Source of the DNA: Gammaproteobacteria bacterium
Lineage (GTDB): Bacteria > Pseudomonadota > Gammaproteobacteria > Pseudomonadales > PIVM01
Assembly: GCA_003353945.1 (NCBI GenBank)
Contig: PIVM01000001.1
Span: forward strand, 31,811 to 95,810
Length of the DNA stretch: 64,000 nucleotides
Direction of reading: 5' to 3'
Under the pieces are notes generated by a model. That model saw nothing but the letters and a program-made list of their open reading frames with translations. It had not been told where the DNA came from and ran no database searches. This document shows positions 47,244 to 57,214 of this stretch, one piece after another. The position numbers and the translations under genes were made by a program. Within the stretch, counting starts at the first letter, position 1; each line of letters opens with the position of its first letter.

Positions 47244-47831
47244 GTGGTTCTTAAAATGCTTAGCTTTAGTTTAATACCTAATTATGATTCACGACCAGGT
47301 TTGTCCGTCGGAATCTATAGGATCTCGAATGACTTTGTGACGTTCTTGTTTTTATCGATACTCATGACAGTGAGCCAAGTCATCATGCCTGTGCAGGCAG
47401 ATTCTATTTATGAATGCAAAGACATGCATGGCAATCCAGTTTTTAGCACTCAATCCTGTGGGGATGATGCTAAAGAAGTGACTATTGACGTAGTGCCACC
47501 CTCTTCTTCTAAGCCGGAGAAACAAAATAGTGCTGTTTGGGATGAGATTGCGATTTCTAATAGACTACGGGAATTGGATAGAGAGATTGCTCAGCGGGAG
47601 AAAAAAAAGGACTCCCTGGCAGTAAAGCGGGATCAAGAATATGAGAGGCTGCGAGTGTCGAGGGATAATCAGCCGCGAACCCCGGAAGGGAAGAAAAAGC
47701 GCAGTGAAATCAGGCTTAAGATGAAGGCTGTCTACAGAAGGTATAACAAACTTAATTCACGTGAACACGAGGAAATCGGAAAGTTGCAAAATGAACGCAG
47801 ACAGCTTCTTAAAAGGCAAACACAAAACTAA
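47244..47831 (+). CDS. DUF4124-type exported protein with coiled coil
   Basis: Hydrophobic signal then ADSIYECKDMHGNPVFSTQSC; charged coiled-coil tail; true start probably downstream. Confidence 0.7.
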   Translation: MVLKMLSFSLIPNYDSRPGLSVGIYRISNDFVTFLFLSILMTVSQVIMPVQADSIYECKDMHGNPVFSTQSCGDDAKEVTIDVVPPSSSKPEKQNSAVWDEIAISNRLRELDREIAQREKKKDSLAVKRDQEYERLRVSRDNQPRTPEGKKKRSEIRLKMKAVYRRYNKLNSREHEEIGKLQNERRQLLKRQTQN

Positions 47832-47880
47832 CGTTGAAAGGATTCAAATTTTATGATGGAGCGTGTTGGTGAGCTTACAT

Positions 47881-48618
47881 TTAGTGAATTCTGTAATTTT
47901 CGAATTCCACAATTTTTGATTCGATCCATTCTTTGGCCATGCCGGTGATTTCTCTACTGGACCGGTCTGTAGTATTGAGCGCTTGGCTGAACTCTACCTT
48001 GATCACGCCTGGATATTTTATAAATTGATGGGGGGGCCAACAGTGTCCCGCATTATGGGCAACAAACACGACGGGTACGCTACTACCTGTCGCTAGATTG
48101 GCGCCACCGCGCGCATATTTTCCAGACTGCTGTGTAGAGGTACGGGTTCCTTCGGGAAAAACCAGCACCGAGATACCCTCCCGTAATCGTTCCGCTCCCT
48201 GTGTCATCATTTGTTTTAGCGCTGCACGTGGAGAACCGCGGTTGATCGCTATCGGGTTCATTAAGCGCAAACCCCAACCAAAACCAGGAATCGATAACAG
48301 CTCCTTTTTTAGGATTGTACTGAGAGGAGAGCACTGGGTTTGCAGAAAAAAGGTTTCCCATTGGCTTTGATGTTTACTTAGCACAACATAGGGGGCTTTA
48401 GGTAAATTCTGTTGTCCACTTACCTGATAGCGGACGCCGCAGCACCAACGCAACCACCAAACAACAGCGTGATTCCACCGAACTAGGTAATGTCGTCTGA
48501 CCGAATAGGGTAACCAGGACATAAATAGTATAGCGGTAAAACCAAACCAGGCTGTAAGGAGAGAGTAACCAAGATAAAATACAGCTGAACGAATACTCAG
48601 CCAGCAGGTACGAATCAT
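47881..48618 (-). CDS. plsC: 1-acyl-sn-glycerol-3-phosphate acyltransferase
   Basis: KHQSQWET, VFPEGTR. Confidence 0.9.
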   Translation of the reverse strand: MIRTCWLSIRSAVFYLGYSLLTAWFGFTAILFMSWLPYSVRRHYLVRWNHAVVWWLRWCCGVRYQVSGQQNLPKAPYVVLSKHQSQWETFFLQTQCSPLSTILKKELLSIPGFGWGLRLMNPIAINRGSPRAALKQMMTQGAERLREGISVLVFPEGTRTSTQQSGKYARGGANLATGSSVPVVFVAHNAGHCWPPHQFIKYPGVIKVEFSQALNTTDRSSREITGMAKEWIESKIVEFENYRIH

Positions 48619-49181
48619 CGTTTTGTTTCCTTTCCTCTTAAAAGGTAATTGGCGGCTTCCGCTAAGTTACTAAACACCAATAGATCTTTCCACTCATCTG
48701 ATTTTTCCGTTTTTTGCAGTGTTGATAGTCCTTTTCCCGTTTTTACGAGGATAGGAATGCAGGATCTGGATCGGGCTAACTGCAAATCTTTTAAATTATC
48801 CCCGATCAATATTTGACCATTCACTGAGCATTGGAACTCTTCCTCAATGGCATCAAGCAATCCGGGTTTTGGTTTTCGACATTGGCAGTTGTCATCAGGA
48901 TGGTGGGGGCAGTAAAAAATACCGCTGATCAATCCACCAGCATTTTCTACCAGTTGGCGCATTTTGCTGTGCATGGCTTCAAGGTCGTCAAGATCAAACA
49001 AATTGCGGCCAAGTCCAGATTGATTGCTGGCAACAACAAGGGTAAATCCGTGTTGGGATAGTGTTGCTATGGCATCAATACTGCCAGGTATAGGCACCCA
49101 TTCATCGGCATTTTTAATAAAATGATCTGAGTCCTCGTTGATGACACCATCGCGATCTAAAATGATCAAACCCAAGATCAA
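48615..49181 (-). CDS. gmhB: Heptose 1,7-bisphosphate phosphatase
   Basis: LDRDGVIN, SNQSG, CPHHPDDNCQCRKPKPG, GD. Confidence 0.96.
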   Translation of the reverse strand: MILGLIILDRDGVINEDSDHFIKNADEWVPIPGSIDAIATLSQHGFTLVVASNQSGLGRNLFDLDDLEAMHSKMRQLVENAGGLISGIFYCPHHPDDNCQCRKPKPGLLDAIEEEFQCSVNGQILIGDNLKDLQLARSRSCIPILVKTGKGLSTLQKTEKSDEWKDLLVFSNLAEAANYLLRGKETKR

Positions 49182-49187
49182 GACTCC

Positions 49188-51266
49188 TTATTTATTAGGT
49201 ACTAACAACGATATATCAGCAACTTCGAGAAACAGTTGGCGCAAGTGATGTAAAAGTGCGATCCGATTATTTCGCAAGGGTCCATCGTCGACCATTATCA
49301 TCACGTTATCGAAAAATTGATCTACAGGTTCTTTCAGGGCCGCAAGGTTAGTAAGTGCCTGCTTATAGTCTTTATCCTGAAGTAGAGGTTTGATCGATTC
49401 GGCCTGCGATGAAATTTGTTGAGCCAGGCATTGTTCGGCCGACTCTTGAAGCAAGCTTTCATCGATTGTTATCGAATTAATGTCTCCGGCCTGCTTCAGA
49501 AGAATATTAGATACTCTTTTATTTGCAGCGGCAAGTGAGGATGCAGCGGGTTGTTGAGCAAAAGCATTGACAGCCTGGACTCGTCGATCAAAATCCAATG
49601 GTGCACTCACCCCCTTGGCGTTGACGGCAAGGAACACTTCGGTTGCAATATGCTCTGCATTATACCAGGCGCGAAAACGCTCGATCATATAATGCAAAAC
49701 GGTATCCACCAAACCTTCATGACTAGGCAGTGTGGGATAGTTTTGCTGTGCATGCGCCAACAGATCCCGGAGGTCTAAGTCGAGTTCTTTTTTAACAATG
49801 ATATTTAATACACCCAAAGAGGCACGTCGTAGTGCAAACGGGTCTTTGTTCCCCGTTGGAGGTTGACCAATACCAAAAATGCCAACCAATGTGTCCAGAC
49901 GATCCGCCAAGGCAAGTACCTGCCCAGTCGCCGATATAGGTAAATCATCTCCGGCGAATCGGGGCCAATACTGTTCATCTAGCGCTTGTGCAAGTTCTGC
50001 CGCTTGGTTTTCAAGGGTGGCATAGTGGAAACCCATCACACCTTGCAAATCCTCAAATTCGAAGACCATTTCGCTGACCAGATCCGCCTTGCTTAACAGC
50101 GCGGCTTTTTCAGCTACTTTCGCATCAGCGCCAATTTGATCTGCAATGTAGACGGCTAGCTTGGCTACACGTTCGGTTTTGTCATAAATACTGCCTAGCT
50201 GTTTTTGAAAGACAACATTCTTGAGTTTTTCACTTTGAGCGGCCAGAGTCGTTTTTTTATCGGTTTCATAGAAGAAAGCCGCATCCGCTAGTCTAGGGCG
50301 AATAACCCGTTCATTACCGGCGATAATTTGTTGTGGATCCGTGCTTTCAATATTGGCGACAGTGATGAAATAAGGCAGCAGTTTTGAGTCATTGTCTTCA
50401 ACATGAAAGTACTTTTGATGTTTTTTCATTGAGGAAATCAACGCAGCTGCGGGTACTTCAAGAAAACGCTCTTCAAATCTCCCTGCCAGAGCGACAGGCC
50501 ATTCAACCAGAGCGGTGACTTCATCCAGAAGAGCCCCGTCGATTTGTGCAATACCACTGATTTTTGCGCCCTGCTCTTGCACCTGCTGCTTGATGATATT
50601 ACGTCTATCTCCAAAGCTTGGGATCACATACCCCTGCTCTTTCAAACTGCTTTCGTAATTGGAGGCTGAGCGAAGAGGGAAAGCTTGGGGTGCGTGAAAA
50701 CGATGGCCATAAGTTAGATTGCTGGCACTAATACCCAGAATTTCACAGTTAATTGTCTCTTCGCCTAGCAGCATGACGACCCAGTGTACGGGGCGAACAA
50801 ACTCTTCTTTTTTATCCCCCCATTTCATTTTTTTAGGGATGGGTAGGCTATCTAGTGCCAATTGAACAACGCCGGGCAGTTCTTCAATCGCAGTTTTTCC
50901 TTCTTGTACAGATCGATAGGCCAGCCGTAAGCCTTTATCAGTCTCTAACTGTTCGAGTTGATCGACCGTTACACCATTTGAGCGTGCAAAACCTTCGGCT
51001 GCTTTAGTGGGTTTGCCCTCGCCGTCAAATGCGGCTTTGACGGCGGGCCCTAATTTTTCTACCTGCTGGTCTGCTTGCTTTTCATCCAGGTCTTTTACCC
51101 AAACAGCCAGTCGTCGAGGTGTTGCATAGCGTATGGTACTGCCAAGATGGAATCCTGCGCTTGTCAGATTATCCCTGATACTCCGGTCAAAAGACTCGGA
51201 GAGACTCTTCAACGCCTTGGGTGGTAGCTCTTCTGTACCGATTTCTACTAAAAAGTCGATAGCCAT
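49188..51266 (-). CDS. glyS: Glycine-tRNA ligase beta
   Basis: EIGTEELPPK, FVRPVHW, DPFALRR. Confidence 0.98.
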   Translation of the reverse strand: MAIDFLVEIGTEELPPKALKSLSESFDRSIRDNLTSAGFHLGSTIRYATPRRLAVWVKDLDEKQADQQVEKLGPAVKAAFDGEGKPTKAAEGFARSNGVTVDQLEQLETDKGLRLAYRSVQEGKTAIEELPGVVQLALDSLPIPKKMKWGDKKEEFVRPVHWVVMLLGEETINCEILGISASNLTYGHRFHAPQAFPLRSASNYESSLKEQGYVIPSFGDRRNIIKQQVQEQGAKISGIAQIDGALLDEVTALVEWPVALAGRFEERFLEVPAAALISSMKKHQKYFHVEDNDSKLLPYFITVANIESTDPQQIIAGNERVIRPRLADAAFFYETDKKTTLAAQSEKLKNVVFQKQLGSIYDKTERVAKLAVYIADQIGADAKVAEKAALLSKADLVSEMVFEFEDLQGVMGFHYATLENQAAELAQALDEQYWPRFAGDDLPISATGQVLALADRLDTLVGIFGIGQPPTGNKDPFALRRASLGVLNIIVKKELDLDLRDLLAHAQQNYPTLPSHEGLVDTVLHYMIERFRAWYNAEHIATEVFLAVNAKGVSAPLDFDRRVQAVNAFAQQPAASSLAAANKRVSNILLKQAGDINSITIDESLLQESAEQCLAQQISSQAESIKPLLQDKDYKQALTNLAALKEPVDQFFDNVMIMVDDGPLRNNRIALLHHLRQLFLEVADISLLVPNK

Positions 51267-51268
51267 TA

Positions 51269-52219
51269 TTATTTGCCCTCCCCTACTTTAGCCAAAGCTT
51301 CTTTGCGTAATGCGTCTGTTGCAAGGGGAAAACCCAATGTCTGGCGCACTTGGTAATAGGCCTGTGCGACATTCCTGGCAAGTGTGCGTACACGTAAGAT
51401 AAAGCGCTGCCTTTCCGTGACTGAAATTGCGTGGCGGGCGTCCAGCAAATTAAATGCGTGCGAGGCTTTCATCACCATCTCATAGGCGGGTAGCGGTAAT
51501 TGTGCTTCAATCAGGCGGTTACTTTCCTGCTCGTATTGATCAAAACTCGTAAACAAGAAATCCACATCCGCTTGCTCGAAGTTGTAGTGAGACATCTCCA
51601 CCTCGTTTTGATGGAATACGTCACCATAGCTCACATCTCCCTGAGGAGCTCGGGTCCAGACCAAATCGTATATGCTGTCGACTCCCTGCAGATACATGGC
51701 AATCCTTTCTATGCCGTAGGTGATTTCACCGGTGACTGGGCGGCATTCAAGACCTCCTACCTGTTGAAAATAGGTAAACTGAGTCACTTCCATGCCGTTT
51801 AACCACACTTCCCAACCCAAACCCCAGGCGCCTAACGTCGGCGATTCCCAGTTATCTTCGACAAACCGGATATCATGAACCTTCGGGTCGATGCCCAGTG
51901 ATTTCAAGGATTGAAGGTAGAGATCCTGGATATTGTCAGGGGAAGGTTTCAGAACCACCTGAAACTGGTAATAGTGTTGTAGGCGATTAGGGTTTTCGCC
52001 GTAGCGTCCGTCGCTGGGTCGGCGGCAGGGTTGAACATAGGCCGAATTCCAGGTTTCCGGGCCAATAGCGCGTAAAAAAGTGGCGGGATGAAAAGTACCC
52101 GCGCCGACCTCCATATCCAGCGGTTGTAATACGACACAGCCCTGTTCGGCCCAAAATTGTTGCAGTGCCAGAATAAGGCCCTGGAATGTTGATAGATCTT
52201 TAGCACTGGTTTCGGCCAC
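51269..52219 (-). CDS. glyQ: Glycine-tRNA ligase alpha
   Basis: [31 protein letters not shown]; likely GTG start at 52219 after GAGGGG. Confidence 0.99.
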   Translation of the reverse strand: MAETSAKDLSTFQGLILALQQFWAEQGCVVLQPLDMEVGAGTFHPATFLRAIGPETWNSAYVQPCRRPSDGRYGENPNRLQHYYQFQVVLKPSPDNIQDLYLQSLKSLGIDPKVHDIRFVEDNWESPTLGAWGLGWEVWLNGMEVTQFTYFQQVGGLECRPVTGEITYGIERIAMYLQGVDSIYDLVWTRAPQGDVSYGDVFHQNEVEMSHYNFEQADVDFLFTSFDQYEQESNRLIEAQLPLPAYEMVMKASHAFNLLDARHAISVTERQRFILRVRTLARNVAQAYYQVRQTLGFPLATDALRKEALAKVGEGK

Positions 52220-52244
52220 CGATAAACCCCTCAATATGAATTTT

Positions 52245-52400
52245 GGGCTGCCTTCAAAATTGATTTCCCTTTCTGACTTTCCATTCTCTCATTATGGCCG
52301 CGTTGTTCGTCGGTTAAATAGCCCACTATTCGCCCTCCTCACGCCTCGCCCTAATGGAGCCTGAAAACCCAGAAATGGAAATTAATTATTACGCCAGCCC
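52245..52400. mobile_element. MITE-like element with imperfect 31-bp terminal inverted repeats
   Basis: GGGCTGCCTTCAAAATTGATTTCCCTTTCTG vs reverse complement of right end GGGCTGGCGTAATAATTAATTTCCATTTCTG (25/31); non-coding. Confidence 0.65.
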
Positions 52401-52584
52401 TTATGCCGCGAAAAACGCGACATTATAGCGCCTTCTAGGCGGCAAACCTATTGAGAAGCAGTAGCTTTTTTATCTCAGCGGATCAAATCATTAAATGGAG
52501 TCGAAGTCCCTTTGCGAAACCGGCTTTGCGAAACCAGAGCCGCTTAATGTAATATCCCTCCCTTCATATTGGATAATGGGCAAC

Positions 52585-53481
52585 ATGTCAGATATACACG
52601 GTAAGTTCGTTGTTTGGATGTTGAGGCTGTTTTCAACGATGCCTCTACGATTCTGCCGCCGTATTGGGACGCTGTTAGGCGGTATTTTATGGTGGGTTAA
52701 TGGCCGGGCTCGCCGTACTACTGAAACCAATATCGCCTTATGTTATCCAGCAATGCCTGAAGCTGATCAAGCATTGCTGGTCAAAAGAAGTCTGCAGGAA
52801 ACCGCGAAAACAACCGTTGAAATGGGGCCAGCCTGGTATTGGCAGGCTGAAACCGTATTGAAAGTCATTACCAAAATACACGGGGCTGACATTCTGGCTG
52901 AAGCAGCGGCATCGAAACAGGGTGTGATTTTGTTGGCTCCCCATATTGGCAATTGGGAGTTTCTTGGCCTCTATTTAGGCAAATACTACCAAACAACCAT
53001 TCTTTACCAACCCCCAAAATCCGAGGTACTAGGCAATTTAATTTACAGATCGCGTAGACGAAATGGCGTCAAACTGGCTGCGACCGACCGCAAAGGCGTT
53101 ATGCAGCTGCTCAAAACGCTACGTGCTGGAAATATGATTGGTATTCTGCCGGACCAGGAACCTGACCCGAATAGTGGACTGTTCGCCCCTTTTTTTGGTG
53201 TGCCAGCATTGACCATGACATTGGTCAGTAATCTGGTGGCAAAAACCGGTGCGCAGCTGGTTTGTGGCATGGCTTTGCGTAATGAGCAGTCCAAAGGGTT
53301 CGAATTGATTTTTTTTAAGGCGGATGAATCTATTGCCGCCGCCGACCTCAATGAGTCAGTAGCAGCTTTGAATCGTTCGGTAGAATCTTGTGTGCAGTGT
53401 GCACCGGAACAATACCAGTGGGAATATAAACGGTTTAAGCGTCGTCCGAATAATTTGCCTCGATTTTATGCAAAAAAATAG
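52585..53481 (+). CDS. Lipid A late acyltransferase paralogue (LpxL/LpxP family)
   Basis: PHIGNWE, ILPDQEP, FAPFFG, QYQWEYKRFK; start probably MSDIHG. Confidence 0.88.
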   Translation: MSDIHGKFVVWMLRLFSTMPLRFCRRIGTLLGGILWWVNGRARRTTETNIALCYPAMPEADQALLVKRSLQETAKTTVEMGPAWYWQAETVLKVITKIHGADILAEAAASKQGVILLAPHIGNWEFLGLYLGKYYQTTILYQPPKSEVLGNLIYRSRRRNGVKLAATDRKGVMQLLKTLRAGNMIGILPDQEPDPNSGLFAPFFGVPALTMTLVSNLVAKTGAQLVCGMALRNEQSKGFELIFFKADESIAAADLNESVAALNRSVESCVQCAPEQYQWEYKRFKRRPNNLPRFYAKK

Positions 53482-53493
53482 GGCTTCGGATTG

Positions 53494-54069
53494 TCAGCGT
53501 TTGCGACCGACCAAATAAGCTTGATTGCGCAATCCTGTAGTAATGTCGCCGCAGTTACCTTCTTCGCGATAAGCGACAGGCTCCAGCATCTTAAAAAGTG
53601 AGAGCAGCTCTCCGGGGGCTAATAAAAACTCTGTGCGTTGTGGTCCTTGCTGAAATACCTTTTCTTTGCACCATGTCTGGTAAAATAATAAACCACCTTT
53701 GCGTAAAGCCTGTGATAATGCTGTACAACCCGGGCGAAAAAGAAAATGACTGACAACAATGACATCAAAGCTATCAGGTTTTGGTGGGTTTGATTCCACA
53801 TCACGTTGAAGAGTTTGAATGTTTAGTTTTTCTTTAGCTGCTGAGCTATCGAGGGCTTTTAAAGCGACATCGGAGATATCCCAGGCATGACATTCAAGTC
53901 CATGTCGGGCAAGACACAAGGCATTCGCCCCCGTGCCGCAGGCAAAGTCTAATGCCTGGCCACGGGAAGGTAACAAATGCAAGCTATCCAATAAAACACG
54001 TGAGGGTTGTGATTCAGTCTTGTTGTTGTTATATCGTTCGTTCCATTTTTTTTGCAACTTATTATTCAT
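53494..54069 (-). CDS. Class I SAM methyltransferase (TehB-like)
   Basis: KWNERY, ALDFACGTGANA, WDISDVAL, FLLAPGEL. Confidence 0.85.
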   Translation of the reverse strand: MNNKLQKKWNERYNNNKTESQPSRVLLDSLHLLPSRGQALDFACGTGANALCLARHGLECHAWDISDVALKALDSSAAKEKLNIQTLQRDVESNPPKPDSFDVIVVSHFLFRPGCTALSQALRKGGLLFYQTWCKEKVFQQGPQRTEFLLAPGELLSLFKMLEPVAYREEGNCGDITTGLRNQAYLVGRKR

Positions 54070-54084
54070 AATCTGCTTGTCGCA

Positions 54085-55533
54085 CTATTGGCGCCAGAAT
54101 TCCGGTGTCAGCAATACAAGCAAGGTAAATATTTCCAGTCGCCCTAACAACATGGAAAAACAAAGCACCCATTTGGCAAAATCACCGATATTATTGTAAT
54201 GGGCTGCAACCTCCCCTAATCCAGGACCGAGATTGTTTATGGTTGCGGCTGTGGCTGAGAAAGCGGTTAGATAATCCATTCCAGTCATCAACAGTAACAT
54301 CAGAATTCCCATAAACACGAAAACATAGGCTGAAAAAAAACTCCATACAGCAATCATGACGCGATTGCTGACAGGGTGTTTTTTTAACTTAACTGGAATG
54401 GTGGCATTTGGGTGAATCAGCTGCCTGATTTCGTGAACACCTTGTTTAAAAATAAGTAAAACCCGAATGGCTTTCATGCCTCCGCCAGTCGATCCAGCAC
54501 AACCGCCAATAAAGCCAAAAAAGATTAACCAATAAGGCAAAAAATTGGGCCAGTGAGCAAAATCCTGAGTGGCAAACCCTGTCGTCGTTGCAATGGATAC
54601 CACTTGAAAAGTGCCATGCAGCAAGGCATCGCTGAAAGACAAGGTATCGGTGATAATCAGAGCTATGAAAGTGGCTGTACCACATAACAACATCATAAAA
54701 AAATAAAAGGTTGTTTCAGAATCTGCAAAATAGTGCCAGATTTTTATGTTGCGCCAGGCGACATAATGAAGTGCGAAATTTATTCCAGATACGAACATAA
54801 ACACGATCGCTATCATCATGATCAATGGATTATCGAAATACCCCATACTGGCGTCGTGCGTTGAAAAACCGCCGATGGCTACTGTAGAGAAACTATGGGT
54901 GATGGCATCGAACAATGACATACCTGCTGCCCAATAACTTAGCGCACAAGCGGTTGTTAGCATGGAATAAATAAAAAATAGCCACTTTGCCGTTTCGGTG
55001 ATGCGTGGTGTCAGTTTGTTGTCTTTGACAGGCCCGGGTGTTTCAGCTCGATAAAGCTGCATACCCCCTATGCCTAGCATTGGCAGTATGGCGACGGCAA
55101 TAACGATAATACCGATCCCCCCCAGCCATTGTAGTTGCTGACGATAATACAAAATGGATCTGGGTAAGGCATCCAGACCACTTATGACCGTTGCGCCCGT
55201 CGTTGTCAGACCGGATACTGATTCGAATACTGCATTGGTAAAGGATAAGTTCGGTGTTTCAACAAGTACTAAGGGTATTGCACCGTACAGACCCAGTACG
55301 AGCCAGAACAATGCGGTGATAAGAAAGCCGTCTCGATGACGCAGGTCGTGACGTTCTTGGCGAACGGGTAACCAAATCGCCAGTCCAGAGGTAAAGGCAA
55401 TAACAAAACTAATGATAAACGCCATGTGGGCGTTATCATGATAAAAAAATGAAACAAATAAAGGCACTAGCATTGTGATGCTAAATAGCATCAACAAAAT
55501 ACCGAGAATGCGTGAAATAATGGAAAATTGCAT
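54085..55533 (-). CDS. trkH: Trk potassium uptake membrane subunit
   Basis: SGLTTTGAT, QWLGGIG, GSTGGGMK, NNLGPG, MLLGRLE. Confidence 0.97.
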   Translation of the reverse strand: MQFSIISRILGILLMLFSITMLVPLFVSFFYHDNAHMAFIISFVIAFTSGLAIWLPVRQERHDLRHRDGFLITALFWLVLGLYGAIPLVLVETPNLSFTNAVFESVSGLTTTGATVISGLDALPRSILYYRQQLQWLGGIGIIVIAVAILPMLGIGGMQLYRAETPGPVKDNKLTPRITETAKWLFFIYSMLTTACALSYWAAGMSLFDAITHSFSTVAIGGFSTHDASMGYFDNPLIMMIAIVFMFVSGINFALHYVAWRNIKIWHYFADSETTFYFFMMLLCGTATFIALIITDTLSFSDALLHGTFQVVSIATTTGFATQDFAHWPNFLPYWLIFFGFIGGCAGSTGGGMKAIRVLLIFKQGVHEIRQLIHPNATIPVKLKKHPVSNRVMIAVWSFFSAYVFVFMGILMLLLMTGMDYLTAFSATAATINNLGPGLGEVAAHYNNIGDFAKWVLCFSMLLGRLEIFTLLVLLTPEFWRQ

Positions 55534-55550
55534 AGCCTGAGTTACTTTTC

Positions 55551-56924
55551 TTAGAAAAAGGCAAAACCCACCTGAAACAGTTTTTCAACCTGGCGGATTT
55601 GTTTTTTATTCAGCAAAAACAATATCACATGGTCATCAGTTTCTATAACCACATGTTTGTGGGCGATAATAACGGTATCGTCCCTAACAATAGCCCCGAT
55701 AGTCACACCTTCGGGGAGATCAATTTCACTTAAATGCTTGCCCACGACTTTGGATGTGCGGCTATCGCCATGGGCTACAATTTCGATGGCTTCGGCAGCG
55801 CCTCTACGTAAAGAATGCACATTGGTCATATCTCCTTTTCGTACATGAGTCAGCAGACTGCCGATAGTGATCGTTTGAGGTGATAGTGCAACATCAATCT
55901 CGCCACCCTGGACCAGGTCAACATAGGCAGGATTGGTGATGAGTGATATCACTTTGCGAGCGCCAAGGCGTTTGGCGAGCATGGAGGACATGATGTTGGC
56001 TTCGTCATCACTGGTTAGTGCGCAAAAAATATCGGTATTTTCGATATTTTCTGAAAGCAACAGCTCCTTGTCAGAAGCATGACCGTGTATCACGATGCTG
56101 CGATCTAGATTTTCAGATAGTTGCAGGCAGCGGTCCTGGTTCTGCTCAATGATTTTGACTTGATAACGAGATTCTGTCGATTCCGCCAGTCGCTGGGCAA
56201 TATTGCCACCACCGGCGATAACAACCCGTTTATAGGGTTTGTCCATGCGCCGCAGTTCACTCATGACTGGCATAATATGATCGCTGGCAGCAATAAAAAA
56301 GACTTCGTCATCCGCTTCAACGATGGTGTCGCCGGTAGGTATGATGGAACGGTTGCGGCGAAAAATAGCGGCAACGCGTGTATCTACCTTTGGCATATGC
56401 AGGCGAATCTGACTCAGCTGTTGTCCGACCATCGGGCCGCCATAATAGGCTTTAACACCCACCAGTTGAGCCTTTCCATCGGCGAAATCCAGCACCTGCA
56501 GTGCACCAGGAAACTCTAAAAGTTGCAGAATATATTTTGTAACCAATTGCTCTGGACTGATCAATACATCTATTGGTATTGCGTCATTGCCAAACAGGTT
56601 TGCACGCGTCAAATAGGATGTTGCCCGAATGCGGCTTATTTTTGTTGGAATGCGAAACAGGCTGTAGGCGATCTGGCAGGCCACCATATTCGTTTCGTCA
56701 CTGTTGGTGACGGCGATTAGCATATCAGCATCTTCAGCGCCGGCTTTGCGCATAATATGCGGATGTGAGCATCTTCCCTGCACGGTGCTGATATCCAGCC
56801 TGTCCTGCAGTTCACGTAAGCGATCGGCATTAATGTCGATTAGGGTGATGTCGTTATTTTCACTTGCCAGGTTTTCGGCCAGCGCTCCCCCCACTTGACC
56901 GGCGCCCAGAATCAGAATTTTCAT
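55551..56924 (-). CDS. trkA: Trk system NAD-binding subunit
   Basis: LGAGQVG, AGGGNI, tandem RCK domains, [11 protein letters not shown]. Confidence 0.98.
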   Translation of the reverse strand: MKILILGAGQVGGALAENLASENNDITLIDINADRLRELQDRLDISTVQGRCSHPHIMRKAGAEDADMLIAVTNSDETNMVACQIAYSLFRIPTKISRIRATSYLTRANLFGNDAIPIDVLISPEQLVTKYILQLLEFPGALQVLDFADGKAQLVGVKAYYGGPMVGQQLSQIRLHMPKVDTRVAAIFRRNRSIIPTGDTIVEADDEVFFIAASDHIMPVMSELRRMDKPYKRVVIAGGGNIAQRLAESTESRYQVKIIEQNQDRCLQLSENLDRSIVIHGHASDKELLLSENIENTDIFCALTSDDEANIMSSMLAKRLGARKVISLITNPAYVDLVQGGEIDVALSPQTITIGSLLTHVRKGDMTNVHSLRRGAAEAIEIVAHGDSRTSKVVGKHLSEIDLPEGVTIGAIVRDDTVIIAHKHVVIETDDHVILFLLNKKQIRQVEKLFQVGFAFF

Positions 56925-56996
56925 TGTATTCTTCCAGTTTAAGCATCGCTGCTACTAAAGAGCGGCTTATTATCTTATCTATTCTCGGACAGACTC

Positions 56997-57209
56997 CTAG
57001 CCCGCATTTCTCACAAGACGGCAGTTCAAATTATATTTTTTCTGAAAGTTCTGTGCATTTTGCCTATTTCGCTTGAAACTGGTTCTGACACTCTGTAAAG
57101 CATTTTACTCGGTCACAGGTATACCCAATACCTGATTCCCTCCTAAAATTCTTTACAGAGTGCCAGCCCTCACCGTCAACGCGAAATCCTTGTGAGAAAT
57201 GCGGGCTAG
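56997..57209. mobile_element. MITE with perfect 21-bp inverted ends containing a nested ~82-bp palindromic element
   Basis: CTAGCCCGCATTTCTCACAAG (56997-57017) and CTTGTGAGAAATGCGGGCTAG (57189-57209); inner IR 57085-57107 / 57144-57166 (21/23). Confidence 0.8.
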
Positions 57210-57214
57210 TGATT

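Noticed and set aside
47753-47768. Third parS (TTCACGTGAA core)
   Set aside because: Outer arms mismatch at about 5 of 16 positions
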